NCBI GenBank assembly: GCA_900769875.1
Contig: CAAGII010000016.1
Coordinates: forward strand, 14,795 to 78,794
Reading direction: 5' to 3'
DNA: 64,000 bases
Source: Clostridia bacterium
GTDB lineage: Bacteria; Bacillota; Clostridia; Christensenellales; Aristaeellaceae
Both the position numbers and the translations under genes were made by a program. The notes beneath the pieces were generated by a model. It saw only the letters and a program-made list of their open reading frames with translations, had not been told where the DNA came from and searched no databases. Shown here in pieces: positions 36,263 through 43,855 of the stretch (positions are counted from its first letter, which is position 1; each line of letters starts with the position of its first letter).

Positions 36263-37827
36263 TTTTCCACGCTCCTTTTGTCCGTACGCTGTTTCGCGTC
36301 CCTGAGCTTTCTGTATCGCGTCGGATGAAGCATGCTGCTGCGCATTGCCCGGCGCGCGAGGAAGATGGCGATGGCGAAGAAGGTGCTTGCGACGATCACG
36401 AACAACATAATCAGCTTGTTGCTGGTCTGAATCTGCTGCGTCATGTACTGCTCAAAGCCGCGCTCGAACCGGTACTCCTCGTACTCAAAGGGCTCGTAGG
36501 CAAGGCTGACCTGCGTTCCGTTGACCTCCACCACGCCCAGGGCGCTGCGATACACATAGTCGCTGCCGATGTAGACCGAGTGATCCATGTCCGTCAGGCT
36601 CTTCAGGGCGCGGCGGCTGCGCTTGAGCGTCTGCACAAAGCGGCGCAGGGTCTCCAGATCGTCGTTCACGTTCAGGTAAATCGCCTGCGCGTAGGCCGTG
36701 GTGAACGCGCCCTCATCCTGCGAGTAGGGCGCAAGCAGCTGATGACCGTCATACCATGCGAGGTTTTCGCCGTCCGCGCGATCGAGGAGCTGATCGTCGC
36801 TGTCAAAGAGCAGCACCGTCCTGAAGCCCTGAATGGCCTCCAGCCCGCGCTTGCTGAACAGGTAGGCCTCGGGTGCCTCCAGCGCCACAGGGTACACGCC
36901 GTAGCGCGTGTAGGCGCTGTAGGCGGTCGACAGCTGACTTTTGTAGGTTTCCATATCCACGCGCGAGAGCGATACCAGCGGCGCATGCAGCACAATGCCC
37001 GCGCCGGTGGACTGAATGTAGCGCAGCCATTCACAGAAGCGCTTCATGGACGGATAGTCCGCGTTCTCATACACGGGCATCACGCACACCGCGTAGGGCA
37101 CGCCCTCCTCCCTGAGCATATCCGTCACGCGCGAGAGATCCTCCGGCTCATAGAAGGGATAGATATTGTCCAGCACCAGATACTGGCCATAGGCGACGGG
37201 GTCGTTCTTGTACGGCCACATCCACGCCTGCAGGCAGGTAGCCAGCTCCGCTGCCAGCAGCGGCTCGTTCGCGTCGCAATACGCCATGTGGGTGATGCTG
37301 CCCAGCGTTTTGCACAGCGGATAGGATTGGCTGTCCACAAACAGCGATCCGCCAATGACGGCGGATTCGCCGTCCAGCAGCGCGATGCCGGAGCGCGACA
37401 GCAGCATGTCGCTCGTGCTGCCCGATTCCGTTTCGCAGCGCACCACCACAGACCCTGTCAGCATCACGGTTCTCGCCAGCTGCTCCAGCGCGCCGCCGCC
37501 CACCACGAACACAGGCCTTGTGCCCGTGCGCAGCTCATGAGCGGTCTGCTCATTCAGGATGCGGTTTTCGGCAAGCAGCACAATCACCGCATCATACCCG
37601 TCGAGCGATTGGGCGGTCCAGGCGTCTGCATAGTCGCAGCGAAGCGACGAGTAGGTCATGATTCTTTGCAGCTCCCGCAAATTGGCGGACGCCACGCTGT
37701 CATTCTCCGCGTCGTGCAGCACCAGCAATCGCAGCACCTCCGCCCGTGCTGCCTGCGGCGGAGGGCAGCATGTTAGAAGCAGCGTAATCGCGAGCAGCCA
37801 CGCTGTCCATCGCAATTTACACATCAT
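36259..37827 (-). CDS. YdaL-like extracytoplasmic protein, possibly DUF2334/polysaccharide-deacetylase-like fold, with a C-terminal TM anchor
   Basis: It has a signal peptide (WTAWLLAITLLLTCC). It reads YLVLDNIYPFYEPEDLSRVTDMLREEGVPYAVCVMPVYEN...GIVLHAP. The C-terminal helix is LIMLFVIVASTFFAIAIFL. The family label is from memory and position in the operon. Confidence 0.55.
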   Translation of the reverse strand: MMCKLRWTAWLLAITLLLTCCPPPQAARAEVLRLLVLHDAENDSVASANLRELQRIMTYSSLRCDYADAWTAQSLDGYDAVIVLLAENRILNEQTAHELRTGTRPVFVVGGGALEQLARTVMLTGSVVVRCETESGSTSDMLLSRSGIALLDGESAVIGGSLFVDSQSYPLCKTLGSITHMAYCDANEPLLAAELATCLQAWMWPYKNDPVAYGQYLVLDNIYPFYEPEDLSRVTDMLREEGVPYAVCVMPVYENADYPSMKRFCEWLRYIQSTGAGIVLHAPLVSLSRVDMETYKSQLSTAYSAYTRYGVYPVALEAPEAYLFSKRGLEAIQGFRTVLLFDSDDQLLDRADGENLAWYDGHQLLAPYSQDEGAFTTAYAQAIYLNVNDDLETLRRFVQTLKRSRRALKSLTDMDHSVYIGSDYVYRSALGVVEVNGTQVSLAYEPFEYEEYRFERGFEQYMTQQIQTSNKLIMLFVIVASTFFAIAIFLARRAMRSSMLHPTRYRKLRDAKQRTDKRSVEK

Positions 37828-38689
37828 ACACCAGCTCTGCTTCCACGGCCTTGCGGAAACGGATCATATCGTTGCCGTAGATTTCCTTGTTGTACTGCTT
37901 GCAGGCTACGCGGACATCCACCTTGGTGCCTGCCTCCAGAATATGGTCGAAGCGATTGGTGGTCGCAAGCGCGTTGAGCAGTCTGCCGCGCACGATGCTG
38001 CTGTCGCGCTCGTTGGTGGTCAGAAGAATGACCAGCGAGCCCTTGTCATCCACCGTATACACACGGTCCTCCACACGGACGCTGTCCCTGATGACCTCGC
38101 TGATGCACTTGCGCAGGTCAAGGAAGCTGTTGGCAGGCAGCATGCCGCGCAGCTCCGACTCATAGCGCAGCTGCACCTCCATCAGCGACACAGGCAGGTT
38201 GTTGCGTTCGCAGTAGTGCACCATGATCTGCAGATCGCGATAGAGCGCGCGCAGGTTGTACATGCCGGTGACATTGTCCACCAGCACCAGCTCCTCCACC
38301 TGCTGGCGCAGCATCTCATTCTCGCTGAACAGACCCTGAATGCCGGCGCAGTACATCTGCGCGCCCACAGCGCCAAGCATGGGCAGCGGCGCAAGCGCAT
38401 AGTCCAGCAGATACAGCACATGTCCGCGGATGTACACGCCATAGAGCTTGTAGGTGATCCACACGCAGGTAATGGTGCCGCACAGCGCAAGGCAGGCCGA
38501 GGGTCGCCCGAAATAGCCGACAAGCACCGCGACGTCCATGGCAAAGAGCACCACCAGGTAGGTCACCCGCATCTCCTCAGACGCAAAGGTCATGATCAGC
38601 GCCTGTGCCATTGCCCAGAGGATCAGTAGCAGCATCGCTACGTCACGCAGAAGCTGGGCCTGTTGTTCCGTTCTTCTCACGGCACTCAC
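37817..38689 (-). CDS. membrane protein with a degenerate GGDEF domain retaining the RxxD I-site (YdaK/PelD-like candidate c-di-GMP receptor)
   Basis: Four N-terminal TM helices precede DNVTGMYNLRALY (compare DxLTGLxNRR). The I-site RVED (aa 205-208) lies exactly 5 residues before DDKGS, which occupies the GG(D/E)EF position (38036-38077). The GTG start overlaps the upstream stop (GTGA). Confidence 0.75.
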   Translation of the reverse strand: MSAVRRTEQQAQLLRDVAMLLLILWAMAQALIMTFASEEMRVTYLVVLFAMDVAVLVGYFGRPSACLALCGTITCVWITYKLYGVYIRGHVLYLLDYALAPLPMLGAVGAQMYCAGIQGLFSENEMLRQQVEELVLVDNVTGMYNLRALYRDLQIMVHYCERNNLPVSLMEVQLRYESELRGMLPANSFLDLRKCISEVIRDSVRVEDRVYTVDDKGSLVILLTTNERDSSIVRGRLLNALATTNRFDHILEAGTKVDVRVACKQYNKEIYGNDMIRFRKAVEAELVYDV

Positions 38690-40203
38690 TCCTCGTCAAG
38701 CTCGATATTCTTGGTGCGGTTGAGCATCTCGGTGATAAAGAGCACCACCAGCACGTCAATGGTCATCCCCATCAGGAAGCTTTCGCGCAGCAGCTCGCTG
38801 TCGCCCGACATCACCAGCACCGTCAGGATTTCCAGCACAGCCATCACAATGAGCAGGCCGATCAGCTCCTTGTAGCGGGCCTCCCAGCGCTCATCCTCCC
38901 GGGTCATCTGCTTCTTGCGCATCAGCAGCACCACGCCCAGCAGCAGCACCATACCGGCTGTTTTCGGGGCGCTCTGCGCCTTGAAGGTGGACCATACGCT
39001 CATGAACGGCGTTTTGGCCATCGGTGGCAGACCGACGCTCTGCTCGTAGTTGCCGCTGTAGTCCGACCTTGTGATAAACGCCTGATACACGCCGCGGTCA
39101 AACATGCCCAGCAGCGACACGGGATGGCTCAGGTAATAGCGCAGCACATCCACCGTGCTGTAGCGGTCAAAGAAGCCCTCGTCCAGCACGCCGTCCTCCG
39201 GCAGCACCACGGGATACTCCTGATCGCCATAGGTGTCCGTAAGCACGGAATAGCGCGGCTCAATTCCGAAGTATTCCAGCGCCCGGGTCGGGTCATCAGC
39301 CTGAAAGAGCACGCCGCGCGTCATCTGATTGTACTTGGCTGTGCGCGTCTGCCGATCCAGCATCACGCCCGTGTACATCACGCTGCAAACGATGAGCAGG
39401 AGCGCTGTCACAAAGCTCAGCATGCGCAGCGGCAGATCCTTCCTTTCGGTAAACACGCGCCAGCAGATCACGGCTGCGACGATTCCCAGCAGCGCGCAGT
39501 ACCTGTTGACATTGGTCAGCGCCAGCACGCCGGCTGCCAGCATCACAAGCGAAAGTCCCGTCTGTTTGCCGCCGGGCAGGAGAAACAGCACGTCGGCAAC
39601 GCACAGCAGCGCAAGCGCCTCCAGGGGCGATGTGTAGAGCGACGCGAAACGCACCACCAGCGTGGAATCGGCAAACACCAGCACGCTCGCCGCCGCAAGC
39701 AGCAGCCCCTCGGAATACCTCGGCACGCGCCTGAGCATATTGTACAAAAGCGGGTAGAGCAGCGCAAGGTAGATCGCCATGTACAGCCCCGCAAGGAAGC
39801 GCATATCAAACAGCGTATCTCTCGTGAGCAGCGTATCCAGGCCGATCGCAAGGCGCGCCATGACCTTCAGCAGCATCGGCGTGACGCCCGGCGGCATCGC
39901 GTTGTCCTCAATATAATAGGTACGTTCGTAATAGCTGAAGTACGCTTCCGTGCTTTCCGGGTTGATACGCGACAGCCCCACATCCGCGAGCACCGTATCC
40001 AGACTGCCGTCGTTGGACAGGCCGAGATACGGCGGCAGAAGCAGCATATAGGTCATCAGCGCCGCGATGATCAGCAGCGCGACCAGCGCCAGATGTGCCG
40101 GACGGTACTGATTGCGCATCGACCGGTCGAACCGGCGGATCGCTTCCAGCAGGTGGAAATAGCATCTCGCGATCCATTTGAACGCGAGCACAATCCATTT
40201 CAT
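38686..40203 (-). CDS. 505-aa polytopic membrane protein, third copy of the unrecognised module seen in 25389-28415
   Basis: I chose the start at MKWIVLAFKW (ATG 40203, GGAGGAG upstream). It carries motifs LSNDGSLDTVL, VLFQADDPTRALEYFGIEPRY and VLRYYLSHPVSLLGMFD. Their order and spacing match both halves of the 1008-aa protein. Confidence 0.75.
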   Translation of the reverse strand: MKWIVLAFKWIARCYFHLLEAIRRFDRSMRNQYRPAHLALVALLIIAALMTYMLLLPPYLGLSNDGSLDTVLADVGLSRINPESTEAYFSYYERTYYIEDNAMPPGVTPMLLKVMARLAIGLDTLLTRDTLFDMRFLAGLYMAIYLALLYPLLYNMLRRVPRYSEGLLLAAASVLVFADSTLVVRFASLYTSPLEALALLCVADVLFLLPGGKQTGLSLVMLAAGVLALTNVNRYCALLGIVAAVICWRVFTERKDLPLRMLSFVTALLLIVCSVMYTGVMLDRQTRTAKYNQMTRGVLFQADDPTRALEYFGIEPRYSVLTDTYGDQEYPVVLPEDGVLDEGFFDRYSTVDVLRYYLSHPVSLLGMFDRGVYQAFITRSDYSGNYEQSVGLPPMAKTPFMSVWSTFKAQSAPKTAGMVLLLGVVLLMRKKQMTREDERWEARYKELIGLLIVMAVLEILTVLVMSGDSELLRESFLMGMTIDVLVVLFITEMLNRTKNIELDEE

Positions 40204-40247
40204 GCCGCTCCTCCTTTCCTGATGAAGATGGGCTGGCCGGGCGCGTG

Positions 40248-41858
40248 TCAGCCTCCTGAGGGCTGATGTGCGGCTGCGCCCTGCCACGCGAGCAGCGCCT
40301 GCAGCACATCATATGCGTAAAGCGAGCGATCTGTCGCCCGGCCATAGCCGCCCGCGAGCGGCCCAGTGAAGCAGCGAAGCCGCTCCATGCGCGCAAGGGC
40401 AAGCCGCTGCAGCTCTTCCCTGCCGCAGATCTGCCCGATCTGCGCCGCAAGGGCATAGATCGCGGTGGATTCATACGCATAGCCCGGCACGACACGCCCC
40501 TGCGTATCGTAGCTGGCGTAGAGCGGGCCCTGCCGGAGCATAGCTTCCAGCCATTGCAGGGTACGCTCCTGAACAATTCCCGCCTCTGCGGCGCGGAGCA
40601 CGGTCACCATCGCCTCGGTCATGTGCAGCGTATCGCCCGTATAGGTATCCGTCGCGGAATCGTAGCGCGGATAGTAGAGCGGAAACGCGTCGCTGATGAG
40701 GCCGCCTGTCAGGATTGCCTCCGCGCGGTCCGCCGCGCCATTCCAGCGAACGTCCAGCGGGGCAATGCGGCGCATGGCCGCAGGATGCTGATAGCACAGC
40801 GTGACCTGCAGCGTGGTCTGTCCGTCCGCATACTGGGAGAAATCGCGCATGAGCTGCTGCTGCACGCACGCGTTGTAGAGCGCGTGCGCCATCTGCGACG
40901 CGTCCGCGCGGTAGCCTCCCCACGCGCTTTCGGCGCTATAGAGCGCGTCGATCACGCGCAGATCATCCAACGACGCGTTGACAGCGCCCTTTTCGCCATC
41001 CACCGTCTGCCATGCAAGCAGTCCGTTCTCAAGCAGCGTATCCCGGGCGGCGTGCCACACAAGATCAAACAGCGCCTGATCGCCCGACTCCAGCGCATAG
41101 CGCATCAGCAGTCCCTGCGTTTCCGAGAGCACGACGCGCCCCGGCGTGATCCCGTCCTCCGAGACTACGGCGGAGGACGGCATGGTGCCGTCCTGCCGGA
41201 TCAGCGTCCGCGCAAAGGCGTCCAGCTGCTTAAGCTGCCCGCCGCGCGCGTAGTCCAGGATGCGCGCGATCCCATCGCTATCGGGCATCGCCGTGGTACT
41301 CAGCACCAGCCGCCCCTGCGCGTCCAGCACTGCAAGACTCGGCACACTGTGCAGCCCAAGCGACGCAAAGAGCGACGCCTGCGGATCCATCAGTGTATCA
41401 CGCGAAATTCCAAGGGCGCGCAGCTGCTCGCTCGCCTGCGCGTAATCATCGCCGCGCACGCCCTCGCGGCAGACCAGTAGAAGAGGGCTGCCCGCAGCCT
41501 CCGCAGCGGCGGCGGCTTCCTCAAAGCCGCTTTCCAGATAGCGCTTGCAGTCTCCGCACCAGCTCGACCAGAAGAGCAGCAGCGCCGGCTTGCCGCGCAT
41601 ATCGCGCAGCTCCTGCGTCTTTCCCGCGCCGTCCGCAAGCGGCAGATCGAAGGTCAGATAAAGGCGCGTCGGATCAGGCTCCAGATCCGCGGCCTGCAAC
41701 AGACCGCCGGACGTGGGCGTAGGCGTCTGCGCCGCGCCAGGCTGCGCCTCCTCGCCTCCCATCAGAAGCAGCGCGGCCAGCGCAAGCATCACAAGCGCGG
41801 CCAGCACGCAAAGGACGATCAGCACACAAATGCTTCCTGTAAGCCTTTTGTCCTTCAT
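40248..41858 (-). CDS. membrane-anchored fusion of a TlpA/ResA-like thioredoxin domain and a GH8-like (YdaJ/BcsZ-like) glycoside hydrolase domain
   Basis: I chose the start at MKDKRLTGSICVLIVL (ATG 41858, GAGGTGA 7 nt upstream). The string LLLFWSSWCGDCKRYL places WCGDC at 41547-41561. Later SETQGLLMRYAL and NASLDDLRVIDALYSA resemble the GH8 SEGQ(G/A)YGM and (S/T)DGDLxIAxAL regions. Confidence 0.6.
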   Translation of the reverse strand: MKDKRLTGSICVLIVLCVLAALVMLALAALLLMGGEEAQPGAAQTPTPTSGGLLQAADLEPDPTRLYLTFDLPLADGAGKTQELRDMRGKPALLLFWSSWCGDCKRYLESGFEEAAAAAEAAGSPLLLVCREGVRGDDYAQASEQLRALGISRDTLMDPQASLFASLGLHSVPSLAVLDAQGRLVLSTTAMPDSDGIARILDYARGGQLKQLDAFARTLIRQDGTMPSSAVVSEDGITPGRVVLSETQGLLMRYALESGDQALFDLVWHAARDTLLENGLLAWQTVDGEKGAVNASLDDLRVIDALYSAESAWGGYRADASQMAHALYNACVQQQLMRDFSQYADGQTTLQVTLCYQHPAAMRRIAPLDVRWNGAADRAEAILTGGLISDAFPLYYPRYDSATDTYTGDTLHMTEAMVTVLRAAEAGIVQERTLQWLEAMLRQGPLYASYDTQGRVVPGYAYESTAIYALAAQIGQICGREELQRLALARMERLRCFTGPLAGGYGRATDRSLYAYDVLQALLAWQGAAAHQPSGG

Positions 41859-41894
41859 ATGCGCATCACCTCTGACATGCATTTGCCCCGCTTC

Positions 41895-41922
41895 ATTGTA
41901 CAGCTTCATGACGGTTTGTCAA
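41895..41922 (-). promoter_or_regulatory. sigma-A promoter of the EPS operon
   Basis: The minus strand reads TTGACA (41922-41917), a 16-nt spacer, then TACAAT (41900-41895). It lies ~35 nt upstream of ATG 41858. Confidence 0.6.
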
Positions 41923-41950
41923 TAGGAAGCGGCTGGAAAAAGGCCGCTCA

Positions 41951-43087
41951 TCAGGGGCGTTCTGCAAGACGCCTTCCGAATTCCTGCAAAATTGCCACAA
42001 TCCGCGCGGAGGTCTGCCCATCGCCGTAGGGATTGATCGCGTGGCTCATGCGGTGGTACAGCGCCTCGTCGCCAAGCAGGCTGCATCCCGCCCTGTATAC
42101 GCTCTCCTCCTCCACACCGGCAAGAATGGCCATGCCGCTGTCCACCACCTCGGGACGCTCGGTCTCCGTGCGCAGCACCACCACGGGCTTGCCCAGCGCG
42201 GGCGCCTCCTCCTGCAGGCCGCCGGAATCGGTCATCACCAGATAGCAGCGGCGGATGAGGTTGTGCATATCCTCCACGTCCACCGGCTCCATGAGATGGA
42301 TACGAGCAGCACCGCCCAGCTCCTGCTTCACCACCTCGCGAACCGCGGGATTGGGATGCATGGGGTACACCACCTGCACATCGGCAAAGGCTTCCGTCAT
42401 CCGGCGCACGCCCCGGCAGATTGCATGCAGCGGCTGACCGAGGTTCTCGCGGCGATGCGCCGTCATCAGCACCCAGCGCCCCTCGTTCAGCGGGAGCTCG
42501 CGCAACGCGGGAGAGGCAAACGTGTAGTCGTCCCGCACCATTTGACGCAGCGCGTCAATCACCGTGTTGCCCACCACATGCACGCCCTCGGTCACGCCCT
42601 CGCGCTCAAGGTTGATGCGGCTGTGCTCCGTGGGCGCGAAGTGGAGCGTGGCCAGTCTGCCGGTCAGCGTGCGGTTCATCTCCTCCGGGAAGGGCGAGTA
42701 CCTGTCAAAGGAGCGCAGCCCCGCCTCCACATGCCCCACCGCCACCTGCTGATAGAAGGCCGCCAGCGCCGCAGCAAAGGAGGTGGTGGTGTCGCCATGC
42801 ACCAGCACGATGTCCGGCCTGAGCTGACGGAGCACCTGCTCCATGCCCTCCAGCACGCCCGTGGTGATGGAGGTCAGCGTCTGCCCGGCCTTCATCAGGT
42901 TGAGATCAAAATCAGGCGTGATGTCAAACTGACGCAGCACGCTATCCAGCATCTGCCGGTGCTGCGCCGTCACGCATACCACGCTGCGGATACCGTCCGC
43001 AGCCTCCAGCGCCTTGACAAGCGGCGCCATTTTAATGGCTTCCGGTCTTGTTCCGAACACGCTGAGTACCACAAGCTCCCGTCCCAT
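41951..43087 (-). CDS. wecB: UDP-N-acetylglucosamine 2-epimerase (non-hydrolysing)
   Basis: It reads LSVFGTRPEAIKMAPLVKAL...VCVTAQHRQMLD...VLVHGDTTTSFAAALAAFY...GHVEAGLRS...MTDSGGLQEEAP, the canonical WecB/MnaA strings. I chose the start at MGRELVV (ATG 43087). Confidence 0.92.
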   Translation of the reverse strand: MGRELVVLSVFGTRPEAIKMAPLVKALEAADGIRSVVCVTAQHRQMLDSVLRQFDITPDFDLNLMKAGQTLTSITTGVLEGMEQVLRQLRPDIVLVHGDTTTSFAAALAAFYQQVAVGHVEAGLRSFDRYSPFPEEMNRTLTGRLATLHFAPTEHSRINLEREGVTEGVHVVGNTVIDALRQMVRDDYTFASPALRELPLNEGRWVLMTAHRRENLGQPLHAICRGVRRMTEAFADVQVVYPMHPNPAVREVVKQELGGAARIHLMEPVDVEDMHNLIRRCYLVMTDSGGLQEEAPALGKPVVVLRTETERPEVVDSGMAILAGVEEESVYRAGCSLLGDEALYHRMSHAINPYGDGQTSARIVAILQEFGRRLAERP

Positions 43088-43122
43088 TCGTATACGCCGC
43101 CTTTCAATTGTATACCACTGTA

Positions 43123-43151
43123 ATTTTACCACCCGCAAAAATGGCTGTCAA
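43123..43151 (-). promoter_or_regulatory. sigma-A promoter of wecB
   Basis: The minus strand reads TTGACA (43151-43146), a 17-nt spacer, then TAAAAT (43128-43123). Confidence 0.6.
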
Positions 43152-43235
43152 TGTTGATTTACCCTAATTACGGGGCGTTTTGTTCCCATTTGCAGGCCTT
43201 TGGGAGCATGGGAGCGGGCACCTCCCGCCCGCCCC

Positions 43236-43264
43236 TTGACACCGGCAGGTGTCGCTGGTATGAT
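43236..43264 (+). promoter_or_regulatory. sigma-A promoter (extended -10) of the PNPOx-like gene
   Basis: TTGACA (43236-43241), a 17-nt spacer ending in TGG, then TATGAT (43259-43264). Confidence 0.6.
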
Positions 43265-43317
43265 GGTTGCGGTCCATATTCCAAAGCAAGCGCGGACACG
43301 CGCAGACAGGAGATTCC

Positions 43318-43743
43318 ATGAGCGAGCATGCATCCGAAGCAGAGCGCCTTCTTCTTGAGCGCTTTGGCCATGATTCGTTGATTTCCCTTGCCACCGCTGA
43401 GGGGCAGACGCCCCATGTGCGCCACGTTAACGCCTACTGGGACAGCGGCGCGTTCTATGTGCTGACCCACGCGCTCTCCGGCAAGATGCGGCAGATTGCG
43501 CGCAATCCGCAGGTGGCGCTGGCAGGCGAATGGTTCACCGGGCACGGACGCGCAGTGAACCTCGGCGCCTTCCTCCGCGAGGAGAACCGCGCGATCGCGG
43601 ACCGCATGCGCCTTGAATTCGCCGCGTGGCTTGACAACGGGCATGTGAACCTTGAGGACGAGCACACCGTCATTCTCAAAATCGAGCTGACCGACGGCGT
43701 GCTGTTCTCGCACGGCATGCGGTACGATATCCGTCCTGATTGA
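43318..43743 (+). CDS. pyridoxamine 5'-phosphate oxidase-like (split-barrel flavin-binding) family protein
   Basis: AGGAG lies 5 nt upstream of ATG 43318. At 141 aa it reads SLISLATAEGQTPHVRHVNAYWDSGAFYVLTHALSGKMRQIARNPQVALAG. This is typical of general-stress-protein-26/PNPOx-like proteins. Confidence 0.65.
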   Translation: MSEHASEAERLLLERFGHDSLISLATAEGQTPHVRHVNAYWDSGAFYVLTHALSGKMRQIARNPQVALAGEWFTGHGRAVNLGAFLREENRAIADRMRLEFAAWLDNGHVNLEDEHTVILKIELTDGVLFSHGMRYDIRPD

Positions 43744-43770
43744 TCGGGCGCAGCTTGTTACAATTGCTCG

Positions 43771-43800
43771 TTGGACAAAGCGGTTCAGATATGATACAAT
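43771..43800 (+). promoter_or_regulatory. candidate promoter of the secreted-protein gene
   Basis: TTGGAC (43771-43776), an 18-nt spacer ending in TGA, then TACAAT (43795-43800). Confidence 0.45.
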
Positions 43801-43855
43801 CATGATGCAGCCCCCTCGATTGATGAAGCGCGGCAGGCTGCACGAGGAGGTTCCC

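Noticed and set aside
41928-41948. The hairpin AGCGGC-N9-GCCGCT between wecB and the EPS operon was considered as a terminator.
   Set aside because: It has only a 6-bp stem with a 9-nt loop and no trailing U-tract on the minus strand. At most it is a weak pause site, so read-through from wecB into the operon remains possible.
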